The notes under the pieces: generated by a model
Database searches by the model: none
What the model saw: only the letters and a program-made list of their open reading frames with translations
What the model was told of the DNA's origin: nothing
Shown: in pieces, positions 1-13,482 of the stretch
Position numbering within the stretch: the first letter of the stretch is position 1
Layout of the letters: every line of letters begins with the position of its first letter
DNA from: Macrostomum lignano
Lineage: Eukaryota
Length of the DNA: 64,000 nt
Direction: 5' to 3'
Assembly (NCBI GenBank): GCA_002269645.1
Contig: NIVC01001608.1
Location: 62,001 to 126,000 of the forward strand
Program-made: the position numbers and the translations under genes

Positions 1-1652
1 AATGTGATTTTTAAAAGTAAAGAAAGAATTGGATTTTAAGAAAATGTGCTGTTTTAATTGTTTTCCTTGAACTATTTTTGCTCCTTGCTTATTGGGCACC
101 CCGAAGGGGGGCCGCACTAGATTGCTAGTTATAAACTTAAAGGAACAAATGCAAGAGCAGAAGGAGGGGCGGGGGAAAGGAAAGGAAAAAACTGACATAA
201 ATGTGGCCAGGATGGCCATATAAATATTTGCAATGAAAATGCCGATGCAGGGTGAAAACAGTGGGACAGAGAATGGGGCAACTGGCGGGTCAACCGGAGG
301 AAAGAGAGCCCACGTGTAGGGTCAATGCAAGGATTCCCGCAGAAAATAGGTAAAACAAAAATTAAAACACAGGATGGGGCAACGAGGGGAACAGCCACGG
401 GAACAGGGACAGGACCGGGGAAACAACCAAGGGGCAGGCCACGGACAGGGGACGGAACGGGAAAAGGGTTTCGCAGAAAGTTTATGCCAAAATGAACAGT
501 CACAAAACTCCGTGGTAGACCGTACTACCACACTATTCCTACTATCTCTCAGTCCTGGGCATTCTCTGGATCAGAAGGTCATGGCTTTACGCGTTTTCCC
601 TGCCTTGAGGCGATCTTTCCTATCCTAAGGCAGTTTTTCCTGCCCTGAAGCGGTTTATACCCTCTCCAAGGTTACTGCCCTGAGGCGATTCTTGTTTCTT
701 AGCGGTCTTCTAGTAATACTCCCAATTTGGGGCTTTATACTCTAAGAAATAACTCAATTTGAACAACTGCTTATTAAATTTGCTTGAAGTCAAATGACAA
801 TTCAAGAAGATGCCTTTCTTGGCCTGCTTCGGGGGCATTTTAATACCATATTTTCTAAGAAATAGATTGTTCGGGTACATACTACACTGCGTCAAAATTA
901 AAGATGGAATTTTTGGAATTTTTGCTCACATTTCTAGCAAAATGGCACAAGTCTTAGACTTAGGCCTAAAGATTTATGTATATAAGTAGTAGGCTGGGTC
1001 ATTCCATGAAAGGGTCCCATCATATTTTTGAACTTTAAGTACTTATAACTTCTGAACCATAATAGATAGAACAAAACTGCAAAAAGTAATGCTTTTTGCA
1101 GTTTTGAGTGCCTCCCTCTAAGTGAAGCTTCTAAGCTTCTAAGTGAAGTGATGCTTTTTGTAGTTTTTGTAGTTTGTAGTTGCCTCCCTCTAAGTGAAGG
1201 TCTAGCTACGTCTACATTGCAATGTCAATTAGCATTTTTTGCTTGATACGGTTGTTCATTGCCACTTTTGCACAATGCCAAACATTTGTTCTTGACTTAC
1301 GACACCTTGAGCTTGTGGAATTCATCTGGTGATAACTTGGAGATGTCCAAGATGTCAAACTCAACATAGCCATTTATGGCAAATTGCAAGCCTATAGCGA
1401 CATGCACTAGGTTGCATAATACAGCTATTAGAACACCTAGGATATCTATTTGGAGCTCTAGAGGCCACATTGTGATTAGGCCTGTCAGAAAAATACAGTT
1501 GCACTGCACCACTCTGGCAAAGCCATCTGGCTGCAAATGCCTTCGACAATCCAATGGAGCATGTTCCAGCAAGAGCTAGAATAACATGTCTTAAAATAGA
1601 AAAGGCTACCTTAGACACTGGGCCTGCCTTAGCTTTTGGAACCATGCCACAG

Positions 1653-1804
1653 CCAAGGACAACTTGATAACTCAGGACCGGATACGGATACGCATACGCA
1701 TCCGCATACGGATGGGCCATAGAACAATGCTTTTAAACGAGCCTCATACTTTTTTCGCCATGAATTGGCTCGTTTCCGGTCCTGAGTTATCAAGTTGTCC
1801 TTGG
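1653..1804. mobile_element. 152-bp MITE-like element with perfect 30-bp terminal inverted repeats and a 6-bp target-site duplication
   Basis: ccaaggacaacttgataactcaggaccgga (1653-1682) is the exact reverse complement of 1775-1804. ccacag is duplicated at 1647-1652 and 1805-1810. Short ggatac/gcatac repeats lie inside. Confidence 0.85.
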
Positions 1805-2832
1805 CCACAGCTCCATCTAGACACCTAGCTCCATAGACAAAAAGGTGATCTAATATGCTAAGTAACCGCAATAGACTATGTGCCATTAGGAGTCAAAACT
1901 TTTTAGGGTGAGCACAGCCTCACATTACGAAATCTACAGTGCACGGTATTTCCAAGAGGAATTAGTGCGACTGACCAAATGAATGCCAGGGATTGCCTGA
2001 TGGGATAACCATCTACTGTGGTCTGTATTCAGAGGTTTTCCATCAGAGACTTCCTCTAAAAATCCCCATGGCAGTGGATATGAGCGTGTATTCCCTTTTC
2101 CGCTTTCCATGCCCACCTGATTTGGGAAAGATCTGGGAGTTGACCTGGAACAAGCTCTAATCTAGGTGAAATGTGCCAGGAAATCCACCTAGATCAGGTT
2201 TTCTTCTTCCGAATCAAGCTCCCAGAAAATTGTGATCTGGGTCAAATTTTGTTCATCTGGTCCTCAACCTGGAATTTTTACTGTTTCCAAGCCCAGATTA
2301 CTAATTTCTGGGTGAAGTTTCTGAATGAATTTTTTGACGGGTATTCTGAATTTGGATCTCACAGAAGAAATTGAGAAGGATAACCAACGGTAAAAATGCA
2401 AAAAATTGAAGAAAAAAACACAAGATTTAATACAGCTAAAATACTGCAAAACTATTCGATATGCTGAGCAAAACTTAAAAAACATTGTTAAACCATGATG
2501 ATTGACAGGCAAAGAGGCAAACAAAGTGGCGTTTGGCGAGCAATAGGCGGCAACAGCGCAAAGAAGCATAATGGGGGGGGGGTCAGCAAACAAACCCCAC
2601 AAGCTGCGAGCAATCTTATATTTTTGTTTTGTTTAAAAAAATTGAGTGCAAAGAGTGGCGAATGCGCAAATACTTTTGAATTAATTGAGAAAGAAACATT
2701 TCTATATGTGTTTTGTATTTTGCCTTCTTGCATGACCTGTTTGCTTCATCTGTTTAAACTATTAGTGCATTGATGAAGTCTAATTTGCCAGTCACTCCAA
2801 GAATCACAAACTTATCCGGTTCAATTTTTTGC

Positions 2833-5800
2833 ATGCCTCCTACTAAAGAAACAGACGAATTAAAAGCAGCAGACCGGGCCGATGGCAGGTCGGATACCGC
2901 TGTCGCCGCCGCCTCAGCCGACGCATTGAATGTAACTAGCCGATGCAGCTCCAGCGTCACCTCAGCTAAGCCGTTGCTATTGGATACAGGCGCGTTCGGC
3001 GCTTTGCTAGCCTGCGGCTTTGACGAAGAGATTCGAATCTACAAACTGTCCGATGCGAGGCGGGCACAGCGCGGCGGCCAGGAGCCCAACGCTACCGCCT
3101 CCGCTGCCGGGTTTCTATGGCGCTGGCCGCGCTGGCAACGGCTGGCCGGCGTTCACCGGGCCGCCGTGCGCGACATTCAAGCGTCGCCAAACAGCGAAGT
3201 GCAGCTAGTCAGCTGCGGCATGGACGGCAGACTGGCTGTGTGGAATTATCCTACTGGCCAGGCCGTGTCCGTGATTGAGCTGGGCTGCCCTATTCTGCGT
3301 GTGCTGCCGCTGCTGTCTGCCGACCTCTCCGATGCTGATAATGACGCTCCCGCTTACTATTGCCTGTTGCCTAGCAACCGTCAGGGCAAGCAGGAGTACC
3401 GAGTGACGGCACTCAACAGCCAGGCTTTGAAGCAGAACAAGCCCGGGATGAAATTGATGGGCCGAGTGCTGCCCGACTGTCTATCGCTTGGCCAGAACGG
3501 CCGGTTCCTCGTGTCCGCCAATCGTGGCAATCTGCTAGTTTATCGGCCGTCTCGCCAACGCGTGTACAGCCATTTCGCCTGCGACGGCGCCCGATGCCGG
3601 GTAGTGTCCGTGGCCGCCCATCCGAACCAACGTTCGGCCGCGGTCGGCCTGTCGAACGGTCGAATCTTGATTATGCACGGCCTGTTCACCTCCGGCCGGC
3701 CAGTGTCCACTCTGTTGCAGTGGCATTTTCGGCCAGTGTCCGGCCTGGCCTACGCGTCCGACGGTTGCGCCCTGTACAGCGGCGGGGAGGAGGCCGTCCT
3801 GGTGAAATGGGACACCAGCCCGGAGGCCGGCGAAGCGACCGGCAATCGAGCTTTCCTACCCCGCCTCGGCGCTAGAATTGTTGGCGCCGTCTGCGGACCG
3901 ACCGGCCAGGCGGCTGCGGCGGCGGTCTTATCGGACAACAGCGTGCTTGTGCTAGACTCCAATATGGGATTAGTCGGCGGGCTCAACGGCGGCGTGCAAG
4001 TCGGCGCCGACGTTGACGGAGCTCCTGACGAGCAGCAGCAGCAGCAGCAGCTCGGCCTGCTGCGCGACCCGCTAACCGAGTGCGTTGCCATGCCAGGCCA
4101 AGCTGGCGTAGTTCAATTCTACTCTGTGTCCGAGCAGCGCCACCTCGGCTGTCTGGACGTGGCTAAGGCCAATTATACTGCGGTAGAATCGGCTGTGGTT
4201 TCCAAGGTAACGCCGGCCAGAGTTGAAGCGGCCGCGTTCTCCGACGCCGGCGCTTGGTTAGCAACGTTCGACCGGCGGGATGACGGGCGATACCCGCCGG
4301 AGCTGCGGCTTCGGCTGTGGCTGCGGCAGTGCCACCGGCCGCTGGTCAAATCCGAGGTCGGGGACGTCAACGGCGAGACCGACGCTCTCTTTGAGCGGCT
4401 GGCATTCAGCCAGTGCAGCGAAGAGCGACTCGCTCATTGCATTGTCGGCATGGCGTTTCAACCGTGCGCAGGCGAGCGCAAGCTCGTTTGCTCGTTAAGC
4501 GACGGCAGCCTGGTGTGCTGGACTCGCCAGGAGCGAGTGCGGCATCTGGCCGAGCCTGGCCGACACACCGACTTCGCCTCGTTCTGGACGGTGCGTGGCA
4601 TCTCGGGATTGTGGGTCATGGAGTTTCAAAAGTCATGGTTAGTGGGACATGAACCTCCAATGGTCATAGTTAGTGAGTCATGGACCTTCGATGGTCATAG
4701 TGGGTCATTGACTCTTGATGGTCATAGTTGGTCATGGAGATCTGATAGTCGTAGTTTGTAGATTATAAAATTACGAGTATAATTGATATTGGCCGTGAAG
4801 TTTTTTATAATAGCAGATTGCTAGATCAACAAAACGTTTTTCGAAAGCATTGGGTTATTTTTTTAGCTCGTATAGGGTAATGAATTTATAATTGTGACTG
4901 ATAGTGCTATCTACTTGTAATGAGTTGTGGTTATTATGCTATCCTACTTAAATGCATTCCAGATAACTCGCACCTGGCGCCTGGGCCACAGTTTCACCGG
5001 CGGCCCATTAGCATTTGATCCTACCGGCCGCTACCTGCTCACCTGTCACCAATCGCAGGCCTGCGCAGCCGTTTGGAGCACCTGCAATCTCGCCAGACCG
5101 CCGGCTTTGTTCCGCCTGTTCGATGGCGCCGCACAGACGGCCGGCAGTCAGCTGCTGGCATTCTGCTCAATGTGGGACAGCGGCCAATCGGTTGTCGTCT
5201 GCGGCCGGGACAGGCTGAGAGTTTGGGACCAGCAGAGTGGTCGCCGGCTAGCCGAGGCTCGCCTGACAGTGACATCGGCGGCCGAGGATCACAAGTCCGG
5301 CATGCTGATTCTGCTGTGCGCCGCTGAACAGGCCCTGCTAATGCTGCACAGCTGCGAGCCTGGCCAGCTCAGCCGGATTCGACTCAACTGCCCCTCGGAG
5401 CCTGTCAATCTCTGCGTGACCGAGGACACGTTCGTGTTTATGACTCGCGATCGTCGACTGTTTGTATATCCCGAGCCTGCGGCGGCTGCCGTTGCGGCTT
5501 CGGTCGAAAACGAGGCGACAACGGCAGCGGCTGCGACTAAGGCGGAGCTGGAAGCCGAATCGGCCGCGGCGGCCTCGTTGCTAGGCAGGGTGTTCGGCCG
5601 GCGTCAGGCCGGCCTGCTAGGCGGCGCGCAGCTGGCCGATCCGGGCGCCGCTTTGGAGGCTCGCCTGCGCCTGTTCACCGAGTCGGACGCGTTCGCGGCG
5701 CCCAGTTTGGCGCGATTCGTAGCCGGCAATCTGGAGCTGGTGCGGCGCCGCCTGCTGGCTGAGGACGGCCTGACTGGGGAGGGAGAGGAGCAGGCGGAAC

Positions 5801-6429
5801 AGTTGGGAGACGGCTTCGTCAGGCGGGCTGGGGGAGGCTTCGGCAAATCGGGGAAGAAGAGCAACGACGATGCCGAATCTGAGGAGGACGATGTCGAATT
5901 GTCGGCCCCGACGATGAAAAATGGCGATGCGGCCGAGCCGGAACTGTCCGAGGCGGTGTTCGACCGGGTTCTGTGCCACTGCCTGGCCAAATTCAGCAGT
6001 TCTGGCAGCCGTCTTCCCAGCCTGCGTCAGGTGCAACGTCGCCGGCGACAGAATCGGCGCCGACTACGCCGCGCCGCCGAGAAGATTGCCGTCGCCGCTG
6101 CTGCCGTTTCCAAGCCTGCAGTCCCAGCTGAACCCATCGCCCAGCCAGATGATGCGGACGAACTGAACCAATCGCAGCAGAATATCGATACGGCCGACAC
6201 CGAGTCTGATCTGATCGTCGTGTCGGCGACTATGGCCACGCCGCGTGCTGGCGGTAATGGCAGCGAAGACGAGGACGATGATGAAGAAGACGACGCGTCT
6301 GTCCAGCGTCACAGGCCGGCGAAACGACACGCCAACGGTGAACTGGCCGTGGACCTCGACGAGGAGTCGTCCTGCAGCGGCCGATCGTCGGTTAACAAGC
6401 GGAGCCGGCGTAGAAAAATTGCTGCTTGA
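2833..6429 (+). CDS. WDR75: WD repeat protein 75 (UTP17/NAN1, SSU processome). Exons 2833-4590 and 4963-6429, about 1074 aa
   Basis: Motifs AAHPNQRSAAVGLSNGRI, LQWHFRPVSGLAYASDGCALYSGGEEAVLVKW, FLPRLGA and GVVQFYS match remembered WDR75 motifs. Phase-0 GT(4591)..AG(4962) intron joins the ORFs 2770 and 4927. The start at ATG 2833 is a best guess. Confidence 0.9.
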
Positions 6430-7627
6430 ACGTGAATGAACCTATGACCTTTATTGACCTGGCACGATTTTGCTGTCTGTTTGTTATTGTCGGCACGTCA
6501 TACGACATTTCTCTGCGCTAGATTCGCTCACTGATGAATCATTGCGGATTGGACAAAAATGAAATCGGTATGAGAATTGAGCGGGAAAAACAGAAGCAAC
6601 CGCTCTCGAATCATGCGTACTCTCTTTGGCCCTCAATTTCTGTCGGCATTTAGCATTGGAATAATAAAATCGCTGCTGCGTTTCAATTATCTTCTCTGTT
6701 TTTATTTTTTAAGGGTTTGACATCTCATAGTTTGTTTTAGGTTAGAGCACAGATGCTAAAATAACTTTATGGGCCACTCGGGCATATATAATCAGTAAAA
6801 CAGCTTTCTACTTTTCAGTTCAGTAGCGAAGAAGAATACATAAGCTATTTTATAAAACATAGACAGCTGAAACGACTCTGATAAGTTTAGAAGCCCAAAG
6901 CTTGCAGGCGTAATCAGCTTGCTAATTGGTTCAGCAATAATGTACATTAGCCAGTCCACTGAAATGTACATGGCAGCTTTAGGCTGGAATTCCAAGAACG
7001 GCAAAAAATTGGGGTGGGGCGGGGGGTAGTGTGGAAAGGCGCGGTTGGAGGGTTTAAGCTTGTGGTAAGAGCCTTGTCTTTAATAATACATTAAAATGCT
7101 TCTGTTAAACTTATTACTGACAGTAGCTTACACGCAAATGTGCTGAGTGGCCCATCTAGTTATTCTAGTATTTGTGAGTTAGAGGCAGTTTGTAGGTTCC
7201 CTTGGATTGGAATATTTCGCTTTATAGATTGTTTTTCGCTACATATCGTTAATTCTAGTTACACCAATGAGGTTAATAACTGAATTTAGGTATTCCAGAT
7301 TTGGACTGAATTTTCCTCTTTTCATCTTGTTGAATATTTAAGCTGAGTTTTACGCCGAGGCGTTGATCGAATGTCGGATTTTTCATTTTCGCAACCTTAG
7401 TTAGCTTTTCTCGCTTTAACTGACTAAGCTGTCAGCCTTAAACAATTAGCTCCCTTCCCTGCCTCAAACAAAGTTCGAATGACAAATGTAGTTATTTTGT
7501 TAATCTACTGAATTTCAGGCGACAGATTTCAATCAATAAACCGATAATGAGCTACATATACTACTAATATGCACTAGCCTCGGTTCAATCTAACAAATAA
7601 AAAGTAGCACAATCTGAACTGTCAATA

Positions 7628-10600
7628 ATGAGAGTGCCAGCCGTGCAGCACAGTGGACAGCCAGTTGCTGGTCAGAGATCGGATGTTCAATGCATATTTT
7701 ATTGCATATTCCATCACGAGGCTGGGCCAAAAATCGAGGTGCAAGAGCCGGCGGATTTCATAGTGAAGGAAAGCTTTGACAAGGTCAGCCGCTATCTGAT
7801 TACTAAGACGGATTTTGACAATCGATTCATCTGGTTGGACGCGTTTGGATCCCGGATTATGGGCTGTGCTCAGTGCATCGAGGATAAGCGGTATAAACGG
7901 AACGCTATGCACTTTAACATCGGCCTGGTTATCAGTATGGACTGTCAGGTTGGAATCTGCACTATTGCTATGCCTTTTGTCTTTTGGTTTGAAAAGTTCT
8001 GTTTGGACCACTGATACTAGAATAACCAGATAATTAAATTTGTGAAAAAATCGGAGCATCTACTTTTTCAGTAGTTTATGCGCAGTGTCATTTCAAAATT
8101 AAATTTGGCAACTAAAATTTCCTTTCCTTCTTTGGAAGCATATGTGATTAATAAATGAACAACAGACATTTAACTCCATGTACACAAGTGAACGCAACAC
8201 GAACGAAACTCATCCTAAGGGGCAGGCCCAATCTAGCTCAGCCAATGAGAGAGCAGTAAAAAGAGAGATCAAAGTCAGACAGACGTAACTCAGCGTGGGG
8301 GCAGGCTTAATCTAGCTCAGCCAATGAGAGAGCAGTAAGGAGAGAGACCAAAGTCAGACGCAAGCAGGCAGGATGATTTTTCAACGAGCCAACGGTTACC
8401 CCTACAAATACAAAAAAAGTTAAATTAAGAGACCTCCTACTAACAAAAGTAACAAAAATAATTAAAATTGAATCTCTTGTGCGTGCACAAATGGTTTCTA
8501 ATACAAGAGAGGGCTCGGGGATCGGCAACTCCGCTATCTATCCGACCCTCTGGTCCATTGAAACTTCGTGGTAATAGCAATCCGTTAGGGTTTATGCCGA
8601 TTCTACTGTCAACTCTCCACTCACGACTTCACTCTTATCTACTTTCCTTTCTTGTCTTCCTTCTCATTTCTTCTCTGATCTGGGCCGCATCCTTGTGATG
8701 GATTCCTTATCTGGCCCGTTTATCGACCCCTGGTCTAGCTGAAGTTGCTACTATTAGCAGTATGTTAAACCCTTTTTGTTCACCCGTAGGTGCCAGTCAA
8801 ATACGAGCTGATTGTGAGAAAGCTTGGCCGCTACTTTCACAGCCTGGAGGTTGAGACCGCATTCCTATCCGACCCGGACGCCCAGACCAAACTGCTTCCT
8901 GTACTGACCAGCATTCGAGCCAGTCTTAACGGGCCCGGCTCCTGCAAGCTGCAGGTGTTGCCAGGCAGATCTTTGGAGCTCTTTCTGAAACCGGCCGCGC
9001 CTTTAGAGGCCGCCGCAATGCCGCAGGATTTTGAGGTTTGTTTATCTGCCTTGCTGATCGATTGCTACTTATTTAAATGCCATATTATTGTTTACCAACT
9101 ACTGGTCCCTGTGTGTCACTAATTATCTAGTACTGTTCTCTTAAATGTCAACTACTGTGACGAATTGATTGCACCAATGTCTGCTTCCTGAAGCTGTCAC
9201 CAGCATCTGACACTATCATCTGTCACCAGCATCTATCACCATCATCTGTCACCAGCATCTATCACCATCATCTGTCACCATCATCTGTCACCAGCATCTG
9301 TCACCATCATCTGTCACCAGCATCTGTCACCATAACAACAACAACAACAGAGTACGCTGCCAGATCACAAAAGCAGCGTCAGATGGCGCGCTTCAAAGCT
9401 TGGGCGCGAACAAAAGCCGCACCGCCGGCAGAGTCCGGGGCGCCGGCGTCAGCCAGCAGACAGTCGACGTAGCGCCGAGTCCTCGCCTGTCCCCGCCGGT
9501 AGGGTGCCTGCAACGTAAGTAGCAGCACCTCCTGCACCGGCTCCGGGCAGTAGGCCTCGGCGCGGATGACGTGGCCTGCCAGCTGGAGTCGCCGACGGCG
9601 CAGCAGATCGCTAGGACGGGCCAGGCCGGCGCGATGATAGAGCGCCGTGTTGGTGACTCGCTCGTTGCCGATCTTGAAGGCGGCGCGCAGCAGGCCAGCG
9701 TGCGCCGCGTCGACTTGAGCCTCGAGCGAGTCTGTCAGCGTCCAGTCTCGGCGTTGTATAACAGGACGGTCTCGATCACCGCCTGGAACAGCGCCGCCCT
9801 CTGGCGGTCCGGTAGGGCCTCGGACTGCAGGACTGACCTTATAGAACGAAAGGCAGCCCAAGCAAGTCCTCGGCGACGCCGCAGATCCTCGCGGACGTCG
9901 GGAACCAGACCGCCGAGGTAGACGAACTGCTGACATCTTGGAAGCTCACTCGCCTGTCCGTCAGCGCCTCGGCAGAAGATTGCAGCCTCGGTGTCGTCCG
10001 GCACGCATAGCACGACGGTCTTCTGCGTGTTGACCACCAGGCCGACGCTCGCCGCAACGGCAACCAGCCTATCCAGCTGTCGTTGGGCGCCCTCGACGGT
10101 CGAGGACAGCAGGGCGAGGTCATCGGCGTAGCCAAGCACGCTGAGCCGTCTCTCCGGTTGGCGTCGACCCACGCGTCGCCGCAGCAGGAAGCCGTCGTCG
10201 TTGGAAGGCAGAGCAGTCCGTAGCACCCAGTCAAGCACCAGAATAAACGGCGCTAGCGTATCTCCCTGGAGCACCCCGGAGGATGTCTCGAAGAAATCCG
10301 ATAGGCCGTCTGGTGTTGAGACAGCAGCCGTCGTGCCGTGGTACAGCGCCATGACAGCAGAAATCAGCAGCTCTGGCACGTTGTACGCACGGAGCACCTC
10401 TGGGAGCGCGTCCCTCACGACCGAGTCGAAAGCCTTCCTGAAATCGACGAAGATCAGGATCAGGGTCAACTGGCGGATGCGCGCCTCCTCGATGACTCGT
10501 CGAAGAGCCAGGATCTGCGTCACTGTGCCGCGATGGGGCCGGAATCCGTTCTGCTCAGGTCGCAGGTACGGGTCCAGCACAGGCTGTAACCGCGATAGCA

Positions 10601-13482
10601 GCATGCGGTTGAACAGCTTCGCGGCGCAGGACTCACCATCGTCGCCATCGACAGATCCCCGACAGATCCCGAGTCCCGACAGATCCCCGACAGATCACCA
10701 TCGACAGATGTCACCATCATCTGTCACCAGCATCTGTCATCAGCATCTGTCACCAGCATCTGTCACCAGCATCTGTCACCAGCATCTGTCACCATCATCT
10801 GTCACCATCATCTGTCACCAGCATCTATCACCATCATCTGTCACCATCATCTGTCACCAGCATCTGTCACCATCATCTGTCACCAGCATCTGTCATCAGC
10901 ATCTGTCACCATCATCTGTCACCAGCATCTGACACTATCATCTGTCACCATCATCTGTCAGTCACCATCATCTGTCACCAGCATCTGTCATCAGCATCTG
11001 TCACTATCATCTGTCACCAGCATCTATCACCATCATCTGTCACCATCATCTGTCACCAGCATCTGTCACCATCATCTGTCACCAGCATCTGTCACCATCA
11101 TCTGTCACCAGCATCTGTCATCAGCATCTGTCACCAGCATCTGTCACCAGCATCTGTCACCATCATCTGTCACCATCATCTGTCACCAGCATCTATCACC
11201 ATCATCTGTCACCATCATCTGTCACCAGCATCTGTCACCAGCATCTGTCACCAGCATCTGTCACCATCATCTGTCACCAGCATCTGTCATCAGCATCTGT
11301 CACCATCATCTGTCACCAGCATCTGACACTATCATCTGTCACCATCATCTGTCAGTCACCATCATCTGTCACCAGCATCTGTCATCAGCATCTGTCACTA
11401 TCATCTGTCAACAGCATCTGTCACCAGCATCTGTCACCAACATCTGTCACCATCATCTGTCACCAGCATCTGTCATCAGCATCTGTCACCAACATCTGTC
11501 ACCATCATCTGTCACCAGCATCTGTCATCAGCATCTGTCACTAGCATCTGTCACCAGCATCTGTCATCAGCATCTGTCACTATCATCTGTCAACAGCATC
11601 TGTCACCAGCATCTGTCACCAACATCTGTCACCAGCATCTGTCACCATCATCTGTCACCATCATCTGTCACCAGCATCTGTCACCAGCATCTGTCACCAT
11701 CATCTGTCATCATCATCTGTCACCATCATTTGTCACCATCATCTGTCACTAGCATCTGTCACCAACATCTGCCACCAGCATCTGTCACCATCATCTGTCA
11801 CCATCATCTGTCACCAGCATCTGTCACCATCATCTGTCACCAACATCTGCCACCAGCATCTGTCACCATCATCTGTCACCATCATCTGTCACCAGCATCT
11901 GTCACCAGCATCTGTCACCAGCATCTGTCACCATCATCTGTCACCAGCATCTGTCACCATCATCTGTCACCAGCATCTGTCATCAGCATCTGTCACCAGC
12001 ATCTGTCACCAGCATCTGTCACCATCATCTGTCACCATCATCTGTCACCAGATCTGTCATCTGTCACCATCATCTGTCAGTCACCATCATCTGTCACCAG
12101 CATCTGTCACCATCATCTGTCAGTCACCATCATCTGTCACAGCATCTGTCACCATCATCTGTCACCAGCATCTGTCACTATTATCTGTCACCATCATCTG
12201 TCACCAGCATCTGTCACCATCATCTGTCACCAGCATCTGTCACCAGCATCTGTCACTAGCATCTGTCACCAACATCTGCACCAGCATCTGTCACCATCAT
12301 CTGTCACCAGCATCTGTCACAGCATCTGTCACCATCATCTGTCACCAACATCTGCCACCAGCATCTGTCACCATCATCTGTCACCATCATCTGTCATCAT
12401 CATCTGTCACCAGCATCAAACATCAGCATCTGTCACCGATTCAATCCGGCAGGTGCCAGTTCTGGTTGGCCGGTCTCCGCCAGTCAAGACAGACATTGTC
12501 ACCAGCCTAATCCTGCCCTACATTGACGGAGTCTCGCACGTCGCTAAAATAGCCTGCATGGCCGACGTAGACAAGAGCATAGTGAAAACCTGCCTGCAGA
12601 ATCTCTGCAGCCTGCACGCTGTCAGATTCCTGCCGCTGACCCTGTACTCTGACTCTTACGCCTGTCTGACCGGACTGCATAGGCTCGTGTCCGATCCCAG
12701 ACTGGGCCAGCTCTGCCAGGAAGCTGTCACACTGTCTAACAAGGTGATGCTCGCAATTCATCTGCGCTCTACACCCGGGTATCTAGAGATCTCCAGCGAA
12801 TCATATCCCATCTCTATAGAATCCTATTTCATCTCTGTAGAATCCGTTTTCATCTCTATTGAATCTGATCCCATCTCTATAGAAACCGATCCCATCTCTA
12901 TAGAATAATATCCCATCTCTATAGAATCTGATCCATCTCTATAGAATCTGATCGCATCTCTATAGAATCCTATCCATCTCTATAGAATCCCATCTTATCT
13001 CTATAGAATCTGCCCCTATCTCTTGAGAATCTGTCCCCTATCTCTAGAGAATCGATAGGCACATGTCTAGAGGATGTCTACTCATCCTCAATCGCCCACC
13101 ACCCCGCTCCCGAACGCAGGAGCGAACGCCCAGCATCGGGCGGCTGTTCCGCTTATTCTCGTGCATGTCGCCGGGCTCCACTCTGAAAGACCTGCTGACC
13201 CTGCACAGCGGCCTGGCAGCGAATGTAGACGTGCTCAGATTAGTGCAGTTCGGCCTGCTGCACTGCCTAATCCGGCGGGTTAGCGCCTATCCGGTTCGGC
13301 TGCACTGGAGTCAAACCGGATCGGCTGACTGCTCTGTCGGGCTAAGAGGAACCGACCAGCTGAACCGGCTGCTAGACGGATACCGGTCTATGGATGAGAT
13401 CTGCGCCAGCACGGGACTGAGCCGGCAGATGGTTGAAGAACGACTAGAACGGGATTCACTTGTGGTGGTTATAAGACGTTGA
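7628..13482 (+). CDS. NPRL2: GATOR1 subunit NPRL2. Exons 7628-7948, 8790-9035, 12453-12743, 13120-13482, about 406 aa
   Basis: CIFYCIFHHEAGPKI, CIEDKRYKRNAMHFNIG, ILPYIDG, LVQFGLLHCLIRR and SMDEICASTG match NPRL2 motifs. All three introns are GT-AG and phase 0, and the frame is continuous. Confidence 0.93.
8218..8370. repeat. Two-copy direct repeat (about 89-bp spacing) in NPRL2 intron 1
   Basis: ggggcagg..aatctagctcagccaatgagagagcagtaa..agagaga.caaagtcagac occurs twice. Confidence 0.7.
9190..12440. repeat. 13-bp-type minisatellite (catctgtcaccag/catctgtcaccat), interrupted by an RTE element
   Basis: Tandem catctgtcac-ca(g/t) units at about 9190-9333 and about 10700-12440 in NPRL2 intron 2. 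Confidence 0.95.
9334..10632 (-). mobile_element. 5'-truncated RTE-clade non-LTR retrotransposon (RT domain plus C-terminus), frameshifted
   Basis: RT motifs QNGFRPHR, FVDFRKAFDS, GVLQGDTLAPF and YADDLALL in ORF 9735-10604. A 1-nt frameshift at YNAET/WTLT leads into ORF 9379-9936 (RRRRLQLAGHVIR). (TTG)n 3' tail at about 9334-9349. Possible 7-bp TSD tcaccat (9327-9333 and 10633-10639). Confidence 0.93.
12780..13055. repeat. atctctatagaatc-type minisatellite in NPRL2 intron 3
   Basis: Repeated cccatctctatagaatc units. Confidence 0.85.

Noticed and set aside
100-2500. Possible decayed transposase or gag in the left flank
   Set aside because: Translating several frames, including after removing the MITE, gave no recognisable motif.
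2770-4761. ORF-track start at 2770 and C-terminal end at 4761 for WDR75
   Set aside because: The first 21 codons lie in AT-rich flank, and 4591-4761 is intron read-through.
9571-10932. Plus-strand ORFs overlapping the RTE, and similar antisense ORFs over GC-rich exons
   Set aside because: They are shadow ORFs expected opposite GC-rich coding sequence.
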